A stretch of DNA of 64,000 nucleotides from Longimicrobiales bacterium (GTDB lineage Bacteria; Gemmatimonadota; Gemmatimonadetes; Longimicrobiales; Gaopeijiaceae). Below the pieces are notes generated by a model. The model was not told the origin of the DNA, made no database searches, and worked only from the letters and a program-made list of their open reading frames with translations. Below are positions 23,865-34,356 of the stretch, one piece after another. The position numbers and the translations under genes were made by a program. Position 1 is the first letter of the stretch. The number at the start of each line of letters is the position of its first letter. Where the stretch lies: NCBI GenBank assembly GCA_965219445.1, contig CBDCNQ010000001.1, forward strand, positions 192,001 through 256,000, written 5' to 3'.

Positions 23865-24023
23865 ATGACCGAGAAGCGGAACGAGGTCAGGGCACCGGAC
23901 GTGCGGGCAGTGAATCCGCGCTACCAGGGCGCCAAGATGAGCGACGTCGCGCGGGCTCTCATGCGCCCCAAAGAACCGAAGGTCCGGGAAGCCTTGGAGC
24001 GCAAGAAGAACGAAAAAGAGTAA
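23865..24023 (+). CDS. 52-aa basic hypothetical protein (not in the ORF track)
   Basis: [46 protein letters not shown]... Confidence 0.5.
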   Translation: MTEKRNEVRAPDVRAVNPRYQGAKMSDVARALMRPKEPKVREALERKKNEKE

Positions 24024-24030
24024 GGGGCTT

Positions 24031-24360
24031 GTGGCGACATCGAGCGGAAACGATAGACCGAAAGAATCTGCTTCATCCTATGCCAGGCGGATGGCGCTAG
24101 AGGGAAAGTTTGTAGATACTACCGGGGTAAACAGCGAGGTGCTTTCCTCGTTTCTGGCCTGTTTGACCTTTGTGATAGTATCCCTCGAAGAACACCCGCC
24201 AGATGGTTGGTCTAGTCTTGTGCGGGAGTTCGTGCGGCGATTTCGCGAAGGATACGGTGAGCATCTTCGTCAAGGTCAGTCTCTAGACCAAAGAGAAATC
24301 GCCACACTTGAACAAGTGTGCGAACACTTTTTGGCGATACTCGATATCCAGACTCAGTAG
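24031..24360 (+). CDS. Hypothetical protein
   Basis: 109-aa ORF directly after the small ORF; no recognisable motif. Confidence 0.4.
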   Translation: MATSSGNDRPKESASSYARRMALEGKFVDTTGVNSEVLSSFLACLTFVIVSLEEHPPDGWSSLVREFVRRFREGYGEHLRQGQSLDQREIATLEQVCEHFLAILDIQTQ

Positions 24361-24772
24361 CCGGCATCTTTCCCCTCGCTTTTTTCGGGTAAACAGGCTG
24401 CCCCGCTGCGACGGGTCGTGCACGTGGCAATGGCAAGCCCGTGGTGGCCTTGAACGGCTTCGGTCTACGCGTCCCTCCGATGCGATCTGAGACAACGGCA
24501 AGGATTCCCGCCAATCGAGTCCGGCTTTCCGGCTATTGTGACACGATGGAGTCAGATATCGTCCGACGGCAAGTGCGGCAGATCGTGCAGTCCTAGTTGA
24601 CTTTAGACGATTTCTTGCCGTAAAACGCACAACTTGAATCCGATACCGTCCAAGGAGTTCCGGGTAGGTGCATAACATCCAGTATTTACAACAGGTTACG
24701 TAGTTTCTTTCTTGTCTCGTTCTGCCAGCAGTGCCCTTTGCGATCCCGTTCCATCCCAGTTATGATTGGGGG

Positions 24773-26002
24773 ATGGATAATGTGATTCGATCTCCCGTCA
24801 AGCGCCGCCTAGGCAAGCCCAAGGGCCGCCATCCCCACAAGCGGCTCTCGACCGCCTTCGTGCGCTCGGCACCGCCCGGCAGGCACTGCGATGGCAACGG
24901 TCTCTACCTTTACGTCCAGAAGACCGGAACCCGGAGTTGGATTCAGCGGCTCGTGATCCGGGGCCGCAAGCGCGAGCTCGGACTCGGCAACGCCCAACTG
25001 GTCTTGCTCGCCGAGGCGCGGGAGCAGGCGCTGGCCAACCGCAAGCTTGCCCGCGCGGGCGGCGATCCGCTGGCCGAGAAGCGGCGTTCGGCGGGCATTC
25101 CCACCTTCGCCGAGGCCGCTAAGCGCGTCATCGAGCAGAAGAGCGCCGGATGGCGCAACGCGGCGGTGCCGAGGAACTGGTATCGCAGCTTCGAGATTCA
25201 CGTCTTCCCAAGGATCGGGAGGGTGCCGGTCTCCGAGATGACGAGCGCCGACGTGCTCGAGATCCTCACACCCATCTGGCACGCGAACCCGCCGACGGCC
25301 CGGATCGTTCGCCACCGCATCCGCGCCGTGCTGGAATGGGCCATCGCCATGGACTGGAGAACGGACAACCCGTGCGACCGGCTCCTGCCGGTGCTCGGCT
25401 CCCAGCAACATGTCGTCAGACACCGGAAGGCCCTGCCTCACCGCGAGGTGGGGGCGGCCATCGAGAAGGTCCGGGCGGCGAAGGCGGGCAAGGTGGACGC
25501 GCTGGCGTTCGAGTTCATGGTGCTCACGGCGGCGCGGGGCGTCGAGGTCCGCGGGGCGGTATGGAGCGAGATCGACCGGGAGGAGCGCGTCTGGACGGTC
25601 CCCGCGAGCCGGATGAAGAGCCTGCGCGCGCACCGTGTGCCGCTGTGCGGCCGCGCGCTGGAGATTCTCGGCGCGGCGCGGAAGCTGGGCGGCGGCGGGA
25701 GTCCGATCGTGTTCGTCGGCAAGCGCGGCAGAGAGATGGGCGGCGAGCAGATGGGCCGGCTGCTCAGGAAGCACGGGATCGCGGCGGTGCCGCATGGGTT
25801 CAGGTCGTCGTTCAGGGACTGGGCCGCCGAAGAGACGGACCACCCCCGCGAAGTCGTCGAGGCGGCCCTGGCCCATGTAGTCCGGAACCCGGTCGAGGCC
25901 GCCTACATGCGCTCCGACCTGTTCGAGCGCCGCCGTCGGCTCATGAACGATTGGGCGGCCTACCTAGCCGGCGAGAGTCGCAAGGTGTTACCGACCCGTT
26001 GA
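24773..26002 (+). CDS. P4-type tyrosine integrase with N-terminal arm-binding domain
   Basis: DGNGLYL..SW..RELGLG arm domain; catalytic TAAR, RMK, HGFR, LAH, AAY all present; IHF-like site at 24686-24698. Confidence 0.95.
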   Translation: MDNVIRSPVKRRLGKPKGRHPHKRLSTAFVRSAPPGRHCDGNGLYLYVQKTGTRSWIQRLVIRGRKRELGLGNAQLVLLAEAREQALANRKLARAGGDPLAEKRRSAGIPTFAEAAKRVIEQKSAGWRNAAVPRNWYRSFEIHVFPRIGRVPVSEMTSADVLEILTPIWHANPPTARIVRHRIRAVLEWAIAMDWRTDNPCDRLLPVLGSQQHVVRHRKALPHREVGAAIEKVRAAKAGKVDALAFEFMVLTAARGVEVRGAVWSEIDREERVWTVPASRMKSLRAHRVPLCGRALEILGAARKLGGGGSPIVFVGKRGREMGGEQMGRLLRKHGIAAVPHGFRSSFRDWAAEETDHPREVVEAALAHVVRNPVEAAYMRSDLFERRRRLMNDWAAYLAGESRKVLPTR

Positions 26003-26345
26003 TGATCCGCCGCGCTAGGAGTCCTCTTCCCATCCGACTTTCCATCACGTCGCTGTCCGTGGCCTCAAGCAAGAAGTCGGTATTCTCCCCGACTCGACAC
26101 ACCACCTCCTCATCGACCACCGGGGCTTCCCCCGGTCATTCGGTCTGAGGAGCGCCCCCCCTTTCGAAGGGCTCTATAACAACGGGCACCTCGCCCTGCC
26201 CCGCTCGATACCGACTAAGAATTAGCTCTCCAACTCGGAGCGGTTCAATACCACACTCTACACTTCGCAAAGCTTCTAGCCGGGCTACTAATGGTGTGCG
26301 CTAGGGAGTCCAAAGGATATACTACGCTTCTAGTTTCCTCTGGAT

Positions 26346-26732
26346 GAGGGTGTCCTAAGTTTAGTTGGAATTTGAAGTGACCTCCGACCTCGGGTAAGGT
26401 GGGTGTGAGGAACACAACACCGAACCATGAGAGGAAGGAGGCCACCAATGGAGAGAGTGCCACAGCTTGTACGTCGAGGCAAGAAGGACCGAAGGATGGG
26501 TGCGCCGAGTGAGCTGGACTGGGAAGCGATCGAGGCGCTGAGGACCGAGATGCGGGTGGAATTGATCCAGGAATTGATACCGCTTGGGCTGGCGGAGGTG
26601 GGGCGGGTGCTGGACGAAGAGGTCGAGCGGTTGGCGGGTCCGAGGCACGCCCGCAAGGGAGAAGGAGAAGTGATCTACCGGCATGGGAGCAACCCGGGCT
26701 CGGTACGCCTGGGCGGGCAGCGTCATCCGGTC
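26346..26732 (+). mobile_element. IS256-family 5' remnant truncated by IS copy 2
   Basis: IR GAGGGTGTCCTAAGTTTAGTTG; LDEEVERLAGPRH..YRHGSNPGSVRLGGQR. Confidence 0.8.
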
Positions 26733-28299
26733 CGGAACCTGTCAACGCCAGTGAGACACTCTTGGAAATCAATTAGAGAGCAATCTCCTGTGTCGTGAGG
26801 GATGGGGTGGGAGGATTGATCCAGACGGCCTCCGGGAGTGGTTTAGGCTTCGGCTCACCGGAGACGAAGCGCTCGGGATGAGCGGCCCATGCCTCACGGA
26901 GCACGGCCTTCCTGCAGGCGATGATCCGATCGGCGTGACCGAAGTGGACCTGTTCGGGGGTCAGCATCGAGATGCCGCCATGGCGGTGCTCGGCATTATA
27001 CCAACGGAAGAACGAGCGACAGAAGGTCTTGGCTTGCCCCTGATCCCCGAACCGGCCGGGAAACGAGGGATGGTACTTCAAGGTCTTGAACTGAGCCTCG
27101 GAGAACGGATTGTCATCCGAGACCTGGGGTCGGCCCAACGAGCGGGTCACGCCGAGATCGGCGAGTAGTTGAGCCGTGCATTGGCTCGTCATCGGAGCCC
27201 CTCGATCGGAATGCAGGGTCAGGAGGTGGGGCTGGACGCCATGCTTCAAGCAACTCTGCTGGATCAGCCGGCTGGCCAGGGCAGAGTTCTCCCGATCCGC
27301 CACCATCCATCCCACGACGTAGCGGCTGAAGATGTCCAGGATCACGTAGAGGTAGAAGTAACTCCACTTCTTCGGCCCCAGCAGCCGGGTGATATCCCAG
27401 GACCAGACCTGGTTCGGGCCCCTCGCCATCAACTCGGGCTTCTGGTATTTGGGATGACTCCGCTGCGCTCGACGCTCCTGAACCGGCACCTGGGAAGCCA
27501 GAACGCGATACATCGTACGCTCGCTGCACAGGTAGACGTCCTCGTCGAGCAGCGTCGCCACCACCTCGGCTGGGGACCGGTCCACGAACCGCTCCGAACA
27601 CAGGGTGTCGAAAATCTTGTCCCGCTCCCTCTCACTTAAGGCCCGGGCGGGGGTCGGGCGGGGCTGCTGATGCCCGGTCGATGCACTCCGACGACGGTAG
27701 AACGTGGCTCGCGGCACCCTGAGCGCATCGCACGCGGGCTTCACCCCTACGTGCTTGGCTAGCTCCTGGGTCGCCTTCATGAGTTCGTCCCGTCCTCGAG
27801 GCTCAATCCCAGCAGCCCTGCAACTTTTCCCTGGACGTCGATGATCAAGTGCGCCTTCTGGAGCTCCTTCTCGAGGCGAGTGTTCTCGCGCTCCAGCTTG
27901 CGCACCTTCTCCTCCAGCGGATTGCGCTCGCGCTTACGGCCTCGTTTCTTCGACAGCGCTTTCAGGGACCCGCTATGCGCCGCCTTGCGCCATGTCGTCA
28001 GGTGCGACGAGTACAAGCCCTCCCGCCGTAGGAGTCGGCCAACCTCTCCGGGCTCCGTGCACCGGTCCGCTTCTTCGACGATCCGCAGCTTGTACGACGG
28101 AGCGAACCGCCGGCGCAGCGGCCTATCTACCACCTCCGAGTCCGCAGGAGCTGCCGCGCTTCGCTTACCGTCCCAGGTTGGTGGGGCTATTCCATTCTCT
28201 TTCATTCTCTCTCGGTGTCTCAGCATCCTCGGTTTCTCTGCCTTCGCCCTACTCTAATTCCTTAGCTGCTCCGTGTCTCACGTAAGTTGGCAGAGAGGG
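26733..28299 (-). mobile_element. 1567-bp IS, copy 2 (orfB 26773-27780, orfA 27777-28226); no target duplication
   Basis: Same ends and identical translations to copy 1 (offset 6336). Confidence 0.93.
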
Positions 28300-28590
28300 T
28301 TTCGGAGGTGGTCTTCTTCTGATTCCACAGTGTCGGGGAAACCGGCGGTTCATAGTCCCCCCAGGGATCGCTTGAGGTCGTTTCAGGAAGTGGCTCCGGT
28401 GCTAGATAAAATGCTGTTCGCCTACCGTGTGGAGACAACGTGGAAGCGGCACGGTGTGAGGCCTCCGGACAAAATCGGCCAAATTGACAGTATTCAGGCG
28501 GTTCTACAAGGCTCTGAAAATGCCAATACTTTGCAAAATCCGGCATTGGACGTCGATAAAGAGGACGGTGGACGTCGGCCCACAATTACG

Positions 28591-28649
28591 TAAACCTATG
28601 ATACACAAAGATTTCACTAGACATGCCAACTTGTGGACCAGCGTTTGCA
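28591..28649 (+). promoter_or_regulatory. sigma54 (-24/-12) promoter with upstream IHF-like site for the pilin
   Basis: TGGACCAGCGTTTGCA (GG-N10-GC) at 28634-28649; tatcataggttta on the minus strand at 28591-28603. Confidence 0.65.
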
Positions 28650-28696
28650 CTCAGGAGGGCATACACTAGTGTCTTTACTATCAGGAGATATCATCA

Positions 28697-29091
28697 TGCG
28701 GGACAACAAGGGTTTCACCCTCATTGAGCTCCTCATCGTGGTCGTGATCATCGGAATCTTGGCGGCCATCGCCATTCCGAAGTTCTCTGCGACGCGTGAG
28801 AAGGCCTATTTCGCGGCCATGAAGTCCGACCTGAAGAATCTTGCTAGCCAGCAGGAGATCTACTACTCGGACGAGTATTCTTACACTGCCAACACCACGT
28901 CGCTCGGCTTCGTGAGTTCCACGGGCGTGACGGTCACTCCCACGGGTACCTCCACCGGTTGGAACGCGACGGCGACGCATGCCGCGTTGGCCGCCACGGA
29001 GGGCTGCGCGATCTACTACGGTGGCGCGAGTGCGGTGTCGGTCGGTGCCGCAACTCCGACAGCTCCGGGTGAGATGGCCTGCACTCAGTAA
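28697..29091 (+). CDS. pilA: Type IV major pilin
   Basis: KG|FTLIELLIVVVIIGILAAIAIP; C-terminal Cys pair; AGGAGA RBS. Confidence 0.9.
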
Positions 29092-29134
29092 GCGGCCTCT
29101 AGTCTTCGGAGGCACTGTGTGCTTTCGATTTGGC

Positions 29135-29170
29135 GAGCGTGGCTCGGGCTTTCCCGGGCCACGCTCTCTT
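29135..29170 (+). terminator. Probable intrinsic terminator after the pilin
   Basis: 14-bp stem GAGCGTGGCTCGGG/CCCGGGCCACGCTC with a weak T tail. Confidence 0.6.
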
Positions 29171-29654
29171 GCCTCCCCCCTCAAAACACGAGACGAAGGC
29201 TCCCCCCCCACAGACATAGAGGCGGCCACCCCCATCGTTCGGACGTAGCCGTCTTCTCGTTTGGGAGGCGCGAGCACGAGGAATGCTACTTGCGCGGGTG
29301 GGGCAGTAATGGTGGGCTCGCCAAGGTCGTCGGTGCGTGCCCGTTGTCCACGTCACGAAGACGTCCAGTGGTCGAAGACGGGTCCGACATGCGCCGGCCA
29401 TCATCTTCATCCTTGGCTTGGGCTCGGAGCGGCAGATAATGGGTCTGGGTTGTCTCTTAAGGGATAGATGCACTCCGATACCGACCACTCACCCCCAACC
29501 TCTTTGCAAATCAGTCGAGCGCGGAACTCGTCTTGGGCGCTCGGGGGCATCTAGCTAATCCAGCCGCATTCCTAGTCAGGACCGCTCCCCTTTGATATCC
29601 TTGTGTCCCGGCAGAACCCTCTTCCCGATGTCCCAAGCCAACAACACGCTGAAG

Positions 29655-30605
29655 ATGGCTGATACGTCGTTTCCTCCCGATGAATGGGCACTGATTCTCG
29701 GGGGCTCGAGTGGGTTCGGACTCGCGACCGCTCACAAGCTCTCCGAGCACGGACTCAACATCTGCGTGGTCCATCGAGACCGACGAGGTGCGATGAGCCG
29801 CATCGAGCCGGAGTTCGACAGGATTCGGGATCGGGGTGTGTCTCTCGTCACGTTCAACAAAGACGCCCTGGACGCCGAGGTGCGTTCAGAGATTCTGGAT
29901 GGTTTGGCAGAGGCGTTGGGCGAGGAAGGAAAGATCCGCGTGGTCCTTCATTCCATCGCCTTCGGTAACCTCAAGCTGATCGGACCGGAGGCGCCGGTCA
30001 GCACCAGCGCCCGGCAACGCCTCGCCGAGGAGCTGGGCATCGACGAGGCCGCGTTGGGCGACGCCGCAGACCGACTCTTCGCCGAGGGCTGGGACGGAGT
30101 TCAGGGCCTCACTACGGCCCCCGAATACTCCGCCGATTCGTTCTTGGAAGAGGAGGACATGGCCAGGACGATCCACTCGATGGGGACCAGCCTTCTCGGC
30201 TGGACTCAAACCCTCCGGCAGCGAAGCCTGTTCGCGCCGGATGCGAGGGTGCTGGGCCTGACGAGCGAGGGAAATTCCGTGGCGTGGAAGGGGTATGCGG
30301 GGGTCGCGGCGGCCAAGGTCGCACTGGAGTCGGTGTCACGCTCGATCGCCGTGGAGATGGCTCAGTTCGGCATTCGATCGAACATCGTGCAGGCGGGCGT
30401 CACGGACACGCCCGCGCTACGCCTGATCCCCGGGAGCGGGCACCTCAAGGCTCAGGCGCGCACGCGCAATCCCTTCGGCCGACTCACGACGCCCCACGAC
30501 GTCGCTAACGCGATCTATCTGTTGTCCCTTGCGGAGTCGGCGTGGATCAACGGGGAGATCATCCGAGTGGATGGAGGAGAACGCATTTCCGGAGCCTCCT
30601 GGTGA
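29655..30605 (+). CDS. Enoyl-ACP reductase (FabI/FabL-like SDR)
   Basis: LILGGSSGFG; YAGVAAAK (Y-x6-K); AGVTDTPAL. Confidence 0.85.
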   Translation: MADTSFPPDEWALILGGSSGFGLATAHKLSEHGLNICVVHRDRRGAMSRIEPEFDRIRDRGVSLVTFNKDALDAEVRSEILDGLAEALGEEGKIRVVLHSIAFGNLKLIGPEAPVSTSARQRLAEELGIDEAALGDAADRLFAEGWDGVQGLTTAPEYSADSFLEEEDMARTIHSMGTSLLGWTQTLRQRSLFAPDARVLGLTSEGNSVAWKGYAGVAAAKVALESVSRSIAVEMAQFGIRSNIVQAGVTDTPALRLIPGSGHLKAQARTRNPFGRLTTPHDVANAIYLLSLAESAWINGEIIRVDGGERISGASW

Positions 30606-31597
30606 GCCTCTACCTGCACGGCCTCGGCCACTTCCACCCCGAGAACGAGATCACGAATCGTTTTCTCGAGGAGCTCGACATCAGTACGGACGAGCAATGG
30701 ATTCTGGAGCGTGTCGGTATCCGCAGCCGCCGCACCGTGCTTCCATTGGACTACATTCGGGACACCCGGAATCGCGATCCCAGCCAGGCCATTGAGGCGG
30801 CGCTATACACGCATGCAGATACGGGCGTGCTCGCAACCGAGATGGCTCTCGAGCGCGCTGGACTCACCAGAGACGCGATTGGGATGGTGATCGCCGGGTC
30901 CAGCCGTCCGGGGCTTTCGACGCCCGCGGACGCATGTCACATCGCCGCTGCGCTCGGGGTGGAGGTGCCCGCCTTCGACATGAACTCCGCTTGCACGAGC
31001 ATGTGGGTCGCGCTGCATATGCTCTCCAACATGCGCCCGGAAGGCCTGCCGGACTATGTGCTCGTCGTGGCGCCGGAAAGCCTCACGACCACCGTGGATT
31101 ATGACGACCGCTCCGCTTCGGTGCTGTGGGGCGACTGCACGGCGGCCGCGATCGTTTCCGCGCGGGTCCGGTCCCGGAGCCAGATAGTCGACAGTACCAT
31201 CGAGTCCAGTCCCGCGGGCTACGAGAAGGTGATGGTGCCCCTCTTCGGGCACTTCAGCCAAGAAGGACGCACCGTTCAGATGTTCGCGATCAAGAAGTCC
31301 GTTCGGTGCCTCCGGAGGATCCAGAAGAGCTTCCCTTCGCCTGGCCGGACGCTGAACTTTGTGGGACATCAGGCCAACCTCCGTATGCTGGAGTCCGTCT
31401 GCCAGCAGTGTGACATCGATGCCGAACAACACCATTCCAACGTGGTCGAATTCGGGAACGGGGGTGCCGCGGGCGCGCCCTCAGTGCTGTCTATGAACTG
31501 GGACCGCTGGACGGATCAGGACGACGTGGCCGTGATCGGCGTCGGTTCGGGACTCACGTGGGCGAGTTATGTTCTCCGCTTTGGAGAACAGCCGTGA
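30602..31597 (+). CDS. 3-oxoacyl-ACP synthase III family (FabH-like)
   Basis: GIRSRR, SACTS, GHQAN, FGN catalytic C-H-N triad. Confidence 0.88.
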   Translation: MSLYLHGLGHFHPENEITNRFLEELDISTDEQWILERVGIRSRRTVLPLDYIRDTRNRDPSQAIEAALYTHADTGVLATEMALERAGLTRDAIGMVIAGSSRPGLSTPADACHIAAALGVEVPAFDMNSACTSMWVALHMLSNMRPEGLPDYVLVVAPESLTTTVDYDDRSASVLWGDCTAAAIVSARVRSRSQIVDSTIESSPAGYEKVMVPLFGHFSQEGRTVQMFAIKKSVRCLRRIQKSFPSPGRTLNFVGHQANLRMLESVCQQCDIDAEQHHSNVVEFGNGGAAGAPSVLSMNWDRWTDQDDVAVIGVGSGLTWASYVLRFGEQP

Positions 31598-31610
31598 CGG
31601 GAGATCAGGC

Positions 31611-32201
31611 GTGACGTACGAGGAATTTCAGGCGCGTTCGCACTTCTCCGAAGAGGAGGTTCTGGCGATCGCACACGGGCGTCTCATCGAGGATGCGCCC
31701 CCTGGGTGTAAGGCCCGCCTACCGTTGCCTCCCATGTTGATGGTCGATCGCATCGAACATGTCTCCCGTAACGGGAGCCGGGGACGAATGGTCGCGGAGC
31801 GCGACGTGCGGCTCGATGACTGGTTTTTCCAGTGCCACTTCCTGGGGGATCCCGTCCAGCCGGGGTGCCTCGGCGTGGACGGCGTGTGGCAGCTCCTCGG
31901 ATTGTACTGCTCCTGGAACGGGGCCCTCGGCAGCGGTCGTGCTTTGGGGTGCGCAGAGGTCGAGTTTTCGGGCCAAATAAGACCCTACGATGGCGTCGTC
32001 CGATACGAGATTGACGTCGTTCGATACCAGGACCTGCCTCAATCGGGTTCGGCGATCACGATCGGTGACGCACGGGTTCTCGTAGACGGTGAGGCGATCT
32101 ATGAGATCAAGCGTGCCAAGGTGGGCGTGTTTCAAGACATCGACTACGCGGACTATCCGTGGCCCAGCGAGCGTTCACGGGGTGGAAGGATGGGAGAGTG
32201 A
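31611..32201 (+). CDS. fabA: 3-hydroxyacyl-ACP dehydratase/isomerase FabA
   Basis: LPLPPMLMVDRI; WFFQCHFLGDPVQPGCLGVD (His/Asp pair). Confidence 0.88.
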   Translation: MTYEEFQARSHFSEEEVLAIAHGRLIEDAPPGCKARLPLPPMLMVDRIEHVSRNGSRGRMVAERDVRLDDWFFQCHFLGDPVQPGCLGVDGVWQLLGLYCSWNGALGSGRALGCAEVEFSGQIRPYDGVVRYEIDVVRYQDLPQSGSAITIGDARVLVDGEAIYEIKRAKVGVFQDIDYADYPWPSERSRGGRMGE

Positions 32202-32674
32202 TGGCAGTCGATGTCAAAGCTGCCCGGCTGAGCCCGGAGGAAGTTCTGAAGCTCCTTCCCCAACAGGAACCGTTCCGGTTCGTGGACGAGATCCTCGAGG
32301 TGGATGAGAACCATATCGTGGCGCGCTACCGTTTCCGTCCCAACGCCGACTTCTATCGGGGGCACTTTCCAGGCGACCCGATCACGCCCGGTGTGATTCT
32401 GCTCGAGTCTCTGGCTCAAGTGGGGGTGGTGGCCCTCGGTATCTACATTTACGCGCTCCAATATGGGCGTGAGGGGGTGAAGACGAGGATCGCTCTTTTC
32501 ACCGATGCGAACATCGATTTTTCCGGGATCGTAAAGCCCGGTGAACGGGTCACGATATCGGCTCAGAAGAAGTTTTTTCGGCGCGGTAAGCTCCGGTCCG
32601 AAGCGTCCATGACCCTCGACGACGGCACGGTCGTGTGCACCGGGACGATTTCCGGCCTCGGGGTAGCGCGATGA
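32201..32674 (+). CDS. fabZ: 3-hydroxyacyl-ACP dehydratase, FabZ-like
   Basis: LPQQEPFRFVD; GHFPGDPITPGVILLESLAQ (His/Glu pair). Confidence 0.85.
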   Translation: MAVDVKAARLSPEEVLKLLPQQEPFRFVDEILEVDENHIVARYRFRPNADFYRGHFPGDPITPGVILLESLAQVGVVALGIYIYALQYGREGVKTRIALFTDANIDFSGIVKPGERVTISAQKKFFRRGKLRSEASMTLDDGTVVCTGTISGLGVAR

Positions 32675-33993
32675 GTGGTGATACGAGAGGCGATGGGTCA
32701 GCGGCTCGGGAGAAATCAGTCCGCAGGGTCGTCGTCACGGGTCTGGGTGTGGTGGCGCCCAACGGATGTGGTCTGGAGCAGTACACAGAGGCTTTGCGAG
32801 GAGGCATGTCCGGGATCCGCCACGTCCCGCTCCTCGGAGAACTGAAGTTCGGGTGCACGGTGGGCGGGATCCCTGAGGGGGTCGATGAGATCGCGGAAGC
32901 GTACTTCCCGCCCGATGAGTTGCTCGCGATGAATACTAGCCATCGTTTCGGGTGCATCGCTGCGATCGACGCGTGGATGGATGCGGGCCTGGAGAGACCC
33001 GATCCGGCGGACGACCGGGTGTACTGGGAGGCTGGCGCGGTGATCGGGACGGGGATCGGTGGGCTCGACACGGCCGGTGAAAAACTCATTCCCCGGGTGG
33101 ACGCCGGGCGTGTCCGGCGGCTGGGCAGCACGATGGTCGAGCAGGTGATGGCAAGCGGCGTCTCCGCTCGGGTGGCTGGACTCCTTTCGCTCGGCAATCA
33201 GGTGACGGCCAACTCCAGCGCCTGCAGTACGGGAACCGAGGCGATCATCGAAGGCAGCCAGCGCATCCGCGCGGGGTTGGCAGACCGGATGCTCTGCGGT
33301 GGCACCGAGGGGTTCAGCCAATATGCTTGGGCCGGGTTCGATGCGATGCGAGTGCTTTGCCGTTCCCATAATGACGAGCCCGAAAAGGCGTCACGGCCCA
33401 TGAGTGCTTCTGCTGGCGGATTCGTTCCAGGCAGCGGAGCCGGAATATTGCACCTCGAGAGCCTAGAGAGTGCACAGGGACGTGGCGCTCGCATCTACAC
33501 CGAGATTCTCGGCGGCGCCATCAACTGTGGTGGCCACCGTAGCGGGGGCAGCATGACGGCTCCGAACGCTGAAGGCGTGCAGCGATGCATTCGCGCCACC
33601 GTGGCCGATGCGGCGATCGATCCGGGCGAGATCGACGCGATCAGCGGTCATCTCACGGCAACCGGAGCGGATCCAAAGGAAATCGTGTCTTGGGCCAAGG
33701 CCCTCGAGCGCTCCCCAGAGGCGCTTCCTGCGATCACATCCACGAAGTCGATGATCGGGCACGCCTTGGGAGCCGCGGGCGCGCTCGAGTCTGTCGCTTG
33801 TGTTCTAATGCTTCGCGACCGGGTCGTGCATCCTTCAATCAACTGTGAGGACGTGCATCCCGAGATCGAGCCTTATGGCGGCTCGATTCCTCACGTAGTG
33901 CGGGAAATGCCCGAGCTGAATACGATGATCAAAGCCGGCTTCGGGTTTGGAGATGTGAATGCCTGCGCCATCCTCCGCAGATGGAAGGACTAA
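32671..33993 (+). CDS. Beta-ketoacyl-ACP synthase (FabB/FabF family)
   Basis: SSACSTG, SGHLTAT, IGHALGAAG (C-H-H); variant GFGFGDVN. Confidence 0.9.
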   Translation: MSGDTRGDGSAAREKSVRRVVVTGLGVVAPNGCGLEQYTEALRGGMSGIRHVPLLGELKFGCTVGGIPEGVDEIAEAYFPPDELLAMNTSHRFGCIAAIDAWMDAGLERPDPADDRVYWEAGAVIGTGIGGLDTAGEKLIPRVDAGRVRRLGSTMVEQVMASGVSARVAGLLSLGNQVTANSSACSTGTEAIIEGSQRIRAGLADRMLCGGTEGFSQYAWAGFDAMRVLCRSHNDEPEKASRPMSASAGGFVPGSGAGILHLESLESAQGRGARIYTEILGGAINCGGHRSGGSMTAPNAEGVQRCIRATVADAAIDPGEIDAISGHLTATGADPKEIVSWAKALERSPEALPAITSTKSMIGHALGAAGALESVACVLMLRDRVVHPSINCEDVHPEIEPYGGSIPHVVREMPELNTMIKAGFGFGDVNACAILRRWKD

Positions 33994-34097
33994 GCCACCC
34001 CGGGATCGGCGGGAAGAGGACACGGGCAGGGGGGCGCTCAACCGGGACCACGAGTATGTTTCGGGGGCACCCTTCACAGTTCCAGATGGGAGTACCG

Positions 34098-34346
34098 ATG
34101 ACGAGAGACGAGATCTTCGCGAAAGTAATCCAGATCGTGAAGCCCTACGCAAAGAATGAAGATGCCCTAGCTGCTGTCGCCGACGACACCAATATCCTCG
34201 AGGATCTGAAGGTGAACTCGGCCCGCCTCGTGGACATCATCCTGAATTTCGAGGATGAGTTCGACATCGAGGTCGAGGACGAGGACGCGGACGCGGTGAA
34301 TACGGTGGGGGACGCCGTGGCCCTGATTCAGGAGAAGATTTCCTGA
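34098..34346 (+). CDS. Acyl carrier protein (atypical NSA attachment motif)
   Basis: Acidic 82 aa; DLKVNSARLVDIILNFEDEFDIEV. Confidence 0.9.
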   Translation: MTRDEIFAKVIQIVKPYAKNEDALAAVADDTNILEDLKVNSARLVDIILNFEDEFDIEVEDEDADAVNTVGDAVALIQEKIS

Positions 34347-34356
34347 GGCTCGCTTT

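Noticed and set aside
22829..24100. 423-aa transposase with a novel C-terminal domain
   Set aside because: Read-through from a truncated IS3 orfB into unrelated DNA after about 23706
23761..24301. 14-bp direct repeat ccaaagagaaatcg at 23761 and 24288
   Set aside because: Only two copies, inside apparent coding sequence, with no element between them; probably chance
24632..24651. tRNA 3'-end-like ttgaatccgataccgtcca upstream of the integrase
   Set aside because: Lacks the GTTC T-loop and a pairing T-stem
20397..28299. Composite transposon formed by the two identical IS copies carrying the integrase
   Set aside because: Copy 1 has its own target duplication inside a gene that continues on both sides; outer flanks (AC versus TT) do not match
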